The position numbers and the translations under genes were made by a program. The notes under the pieces are model-generated. The model worked only from the letters and a program-made list of their open reading frames with translations. It did no database searches and was not told the origin of the DNA. A stretch of 64,000 nt of DNA, taken from positions 1,056,001-1,120,000 of the forward strand of contig CAVVLO010000002.1 in NCBI GenBank assembly GCA_963749155.1, in the 5' to 3' direction. Of the stretch, positions 62,904 through 64,000 are shown in pieces (position 1 is the stretch's first letter; every line of letters begins with the position of its first letter). The DNA comes from an uncultured Armatimonadia bacterium (GTDB lineage: Bacteria > Armatimonadota > Zipacnadia > CAVVLO01).

Positions 62904-64000
62904 ATGACCTTGCCACGTTTGCTCCAGGAGCAGGCAGTTTTACACGGTGCGAAAACACTGTGGAAGAACAGCGAGCGCTCTGTGACATATGCTGAAGCCG
63001 ACCTACTTACCAACCGGCTGGCCAACTGGTTTCTGGCTCAGGGAATCAAACCTGGCGATCGGATAGCAATCCAGATCCCCAACAGCCCGGAATTCCTGAT
63101 TGCATATTTCGCGGCAGGCAAGGCTGGAGCGATAGCGATGCCCGTTAGCCCCCTGCTGCATCCAGAGGAAGTTGCTTATGTCCTCTCAGATGCGGAAGCA
63201 GTGGCGCTTGTTTCTTATTCGCCTCTGCTCGACAAGGTTCGAGAGGCTAATTGTCTGCCTGACTGCGTGAAGCTGCTGGTTTCAGAAGCTCCCCGAGAAG
63301 GCGCAGCCTTGCTGTCAGAGATACTAAGTCAAACCGGTTTCTCGGCGCCGCCAGTCACTGCCAGTCAGGTAAAACCAGACGATACAGCGGCTTTTATGTA
63401 TACCTCGGGCACGACCGGACGCCCCAAGGCGGCAATGCTGTCTCATGACAATCTGCTCTTCGATGCGAAGTCCGCCGTGGACTTCATACAGATGCGAGAA
63501 GAGGACGTCTTTCTTTGCGTGTTGCCTCTTTTCCACTCTTTTGCGGTCACTGTCTGCAGTATCTGTTCGCTGGTGACTGGGGCAACAGTCTACATAATGC
63601 CAAGTTTCGTGCCCCATGAAGTGCTGGAAGTACTGGCAACCGAGCATGTAAGCGTCTTCCCTGCGGTTCCGGCAATGCTTGGGGCGCTGCTGCAGCGGGA
63701 GGTTGAGCCTGCCATCTTCCAGTCGGTGCGACTAATCGTATCTGGAGGCGCACCGCTGCCGGTCGCAATCTTTGAGGCCTACAAGCAGCGCTTCGGCGTC
63801 GAGATAATTGAGGGTGATGGCCCTACCGAGTGTAGTCCAATCACCTCGGTCAACCCCACCCATGGCGTGAAGAAGCCCGGCAGTATCGGCCTGGCGTTGC
63901 CTGGCACCCAGATGCAGATACGCGATGAGGCAGGCCTCGAGGTGCCCTCTGGGCAAGTTGGCGAGATCGTCGTCCAGGGTCGGCACGTGATGCAGGGCTA
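62904..64000 (+). CDS. Long-chain fatty-acid-CoA ligase / AMP-binding enzyme (partial, runs off the window edge)
   Basis: Not in the ORF track (no stop). ATG 62904 gives MTLPRLL..GIKPGDRIAI..PN, the AMP-binding motif YTSGTTGRPK, LPLFHSFA, SGGAPLP, EGDGPTE, GEIVVQG. Confidence 0.9.
   Translation, partial: MTLPRLLQEQAVLHGAKTLWKNSERSVTYAEADLLTNRLANWFLAQGIKPGDRIAIQIPNSPEFLIAYFAAGKAGAIAMPVSPLLHPEEVAYVLSDAEAVALVSYSPLLDKVREANCLPDCVKLLVSEAPREGAALLSEILSQTGFSAPPVTASQVKPDDTAAFMYTSGTTGRPKAAMLSHDNLLFDAKSAVDFIQMREEDVFLCVLPLFHSFAVTVCSICSLVTGATVYIMPSFVPHEVLEVLATEHVSVFPAVPAMLGALLQREVEPAIFQSVRLIVSGGAPLPVAIFEAYKQRFGVEIIEGDGPTECSPITSVNPTHGVKKPGSIGLALPGTQMQIRDEAGLEVPSGQVGEIVVQGRHVMQG

Overview
Bacterial chromosomal window (GC-rich, roughly 60% by eye) made mostly of housekeeping and cell-envelope genes. 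The gene mix points to a diderm Terrabacteria lineage, most plausibly Armatimonadota (inference): a 4-domain ribosomal protein S1, csaB with DUF5693, Lpt-like proteins, trmFO-xerC-hslVU, der-plsY-gpsA-hup, a UroD-family gene and large secreted carbohydrate-active proteins. Gene order: partial PD40/TolB-like gene, coaE, rpsA, polA, sppA (all minus); tRNA-Leu(CAA); UroD-family; a beta-helix/LamG protein; an alpha/beta-hydrolase; LptD-like; secA; prfB with its programmed +1 frameshift; DUF5693-csaB; a large SprA-like outer-membrane protein; a secreted protein with a FlgD-Ig/CTD-like tail; two lipoproteins; lptC/lptA-like; two tandem UvrA units; a methyltransferase; an SIS protein; an M20 peptidase; larA-like; leuC/leuD; der-plsY-gpsA-hup; a LipS2-LipS1-like radical-SAM pair coupled to a PqqD-family gene and an ABC permease/ATPase; GT2; trmFO-xerC-hslV-hslU; a ~1700-aa glycoside-hydrolase-like protein; an atypical SSB; a PaaI thioesterase; and a partial acyl-CoA ligase. 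About 14 single-base insertions split genes, including essential secA. These look like long-read consensus errors rather than pseudogenes. The two most interesting loci are (i) the LipS2/LipS1 + PqqD(RRE) + ABC cluster and (ii) the SprA-like barrel + CTD-like cargo + csaB envelope operon, a possible T9SS-like export system outside Bacteroidota. No CRISPR array, rRNA or mobile element was seen. All family assignments come from reading motifs by eye; no database searches were run.
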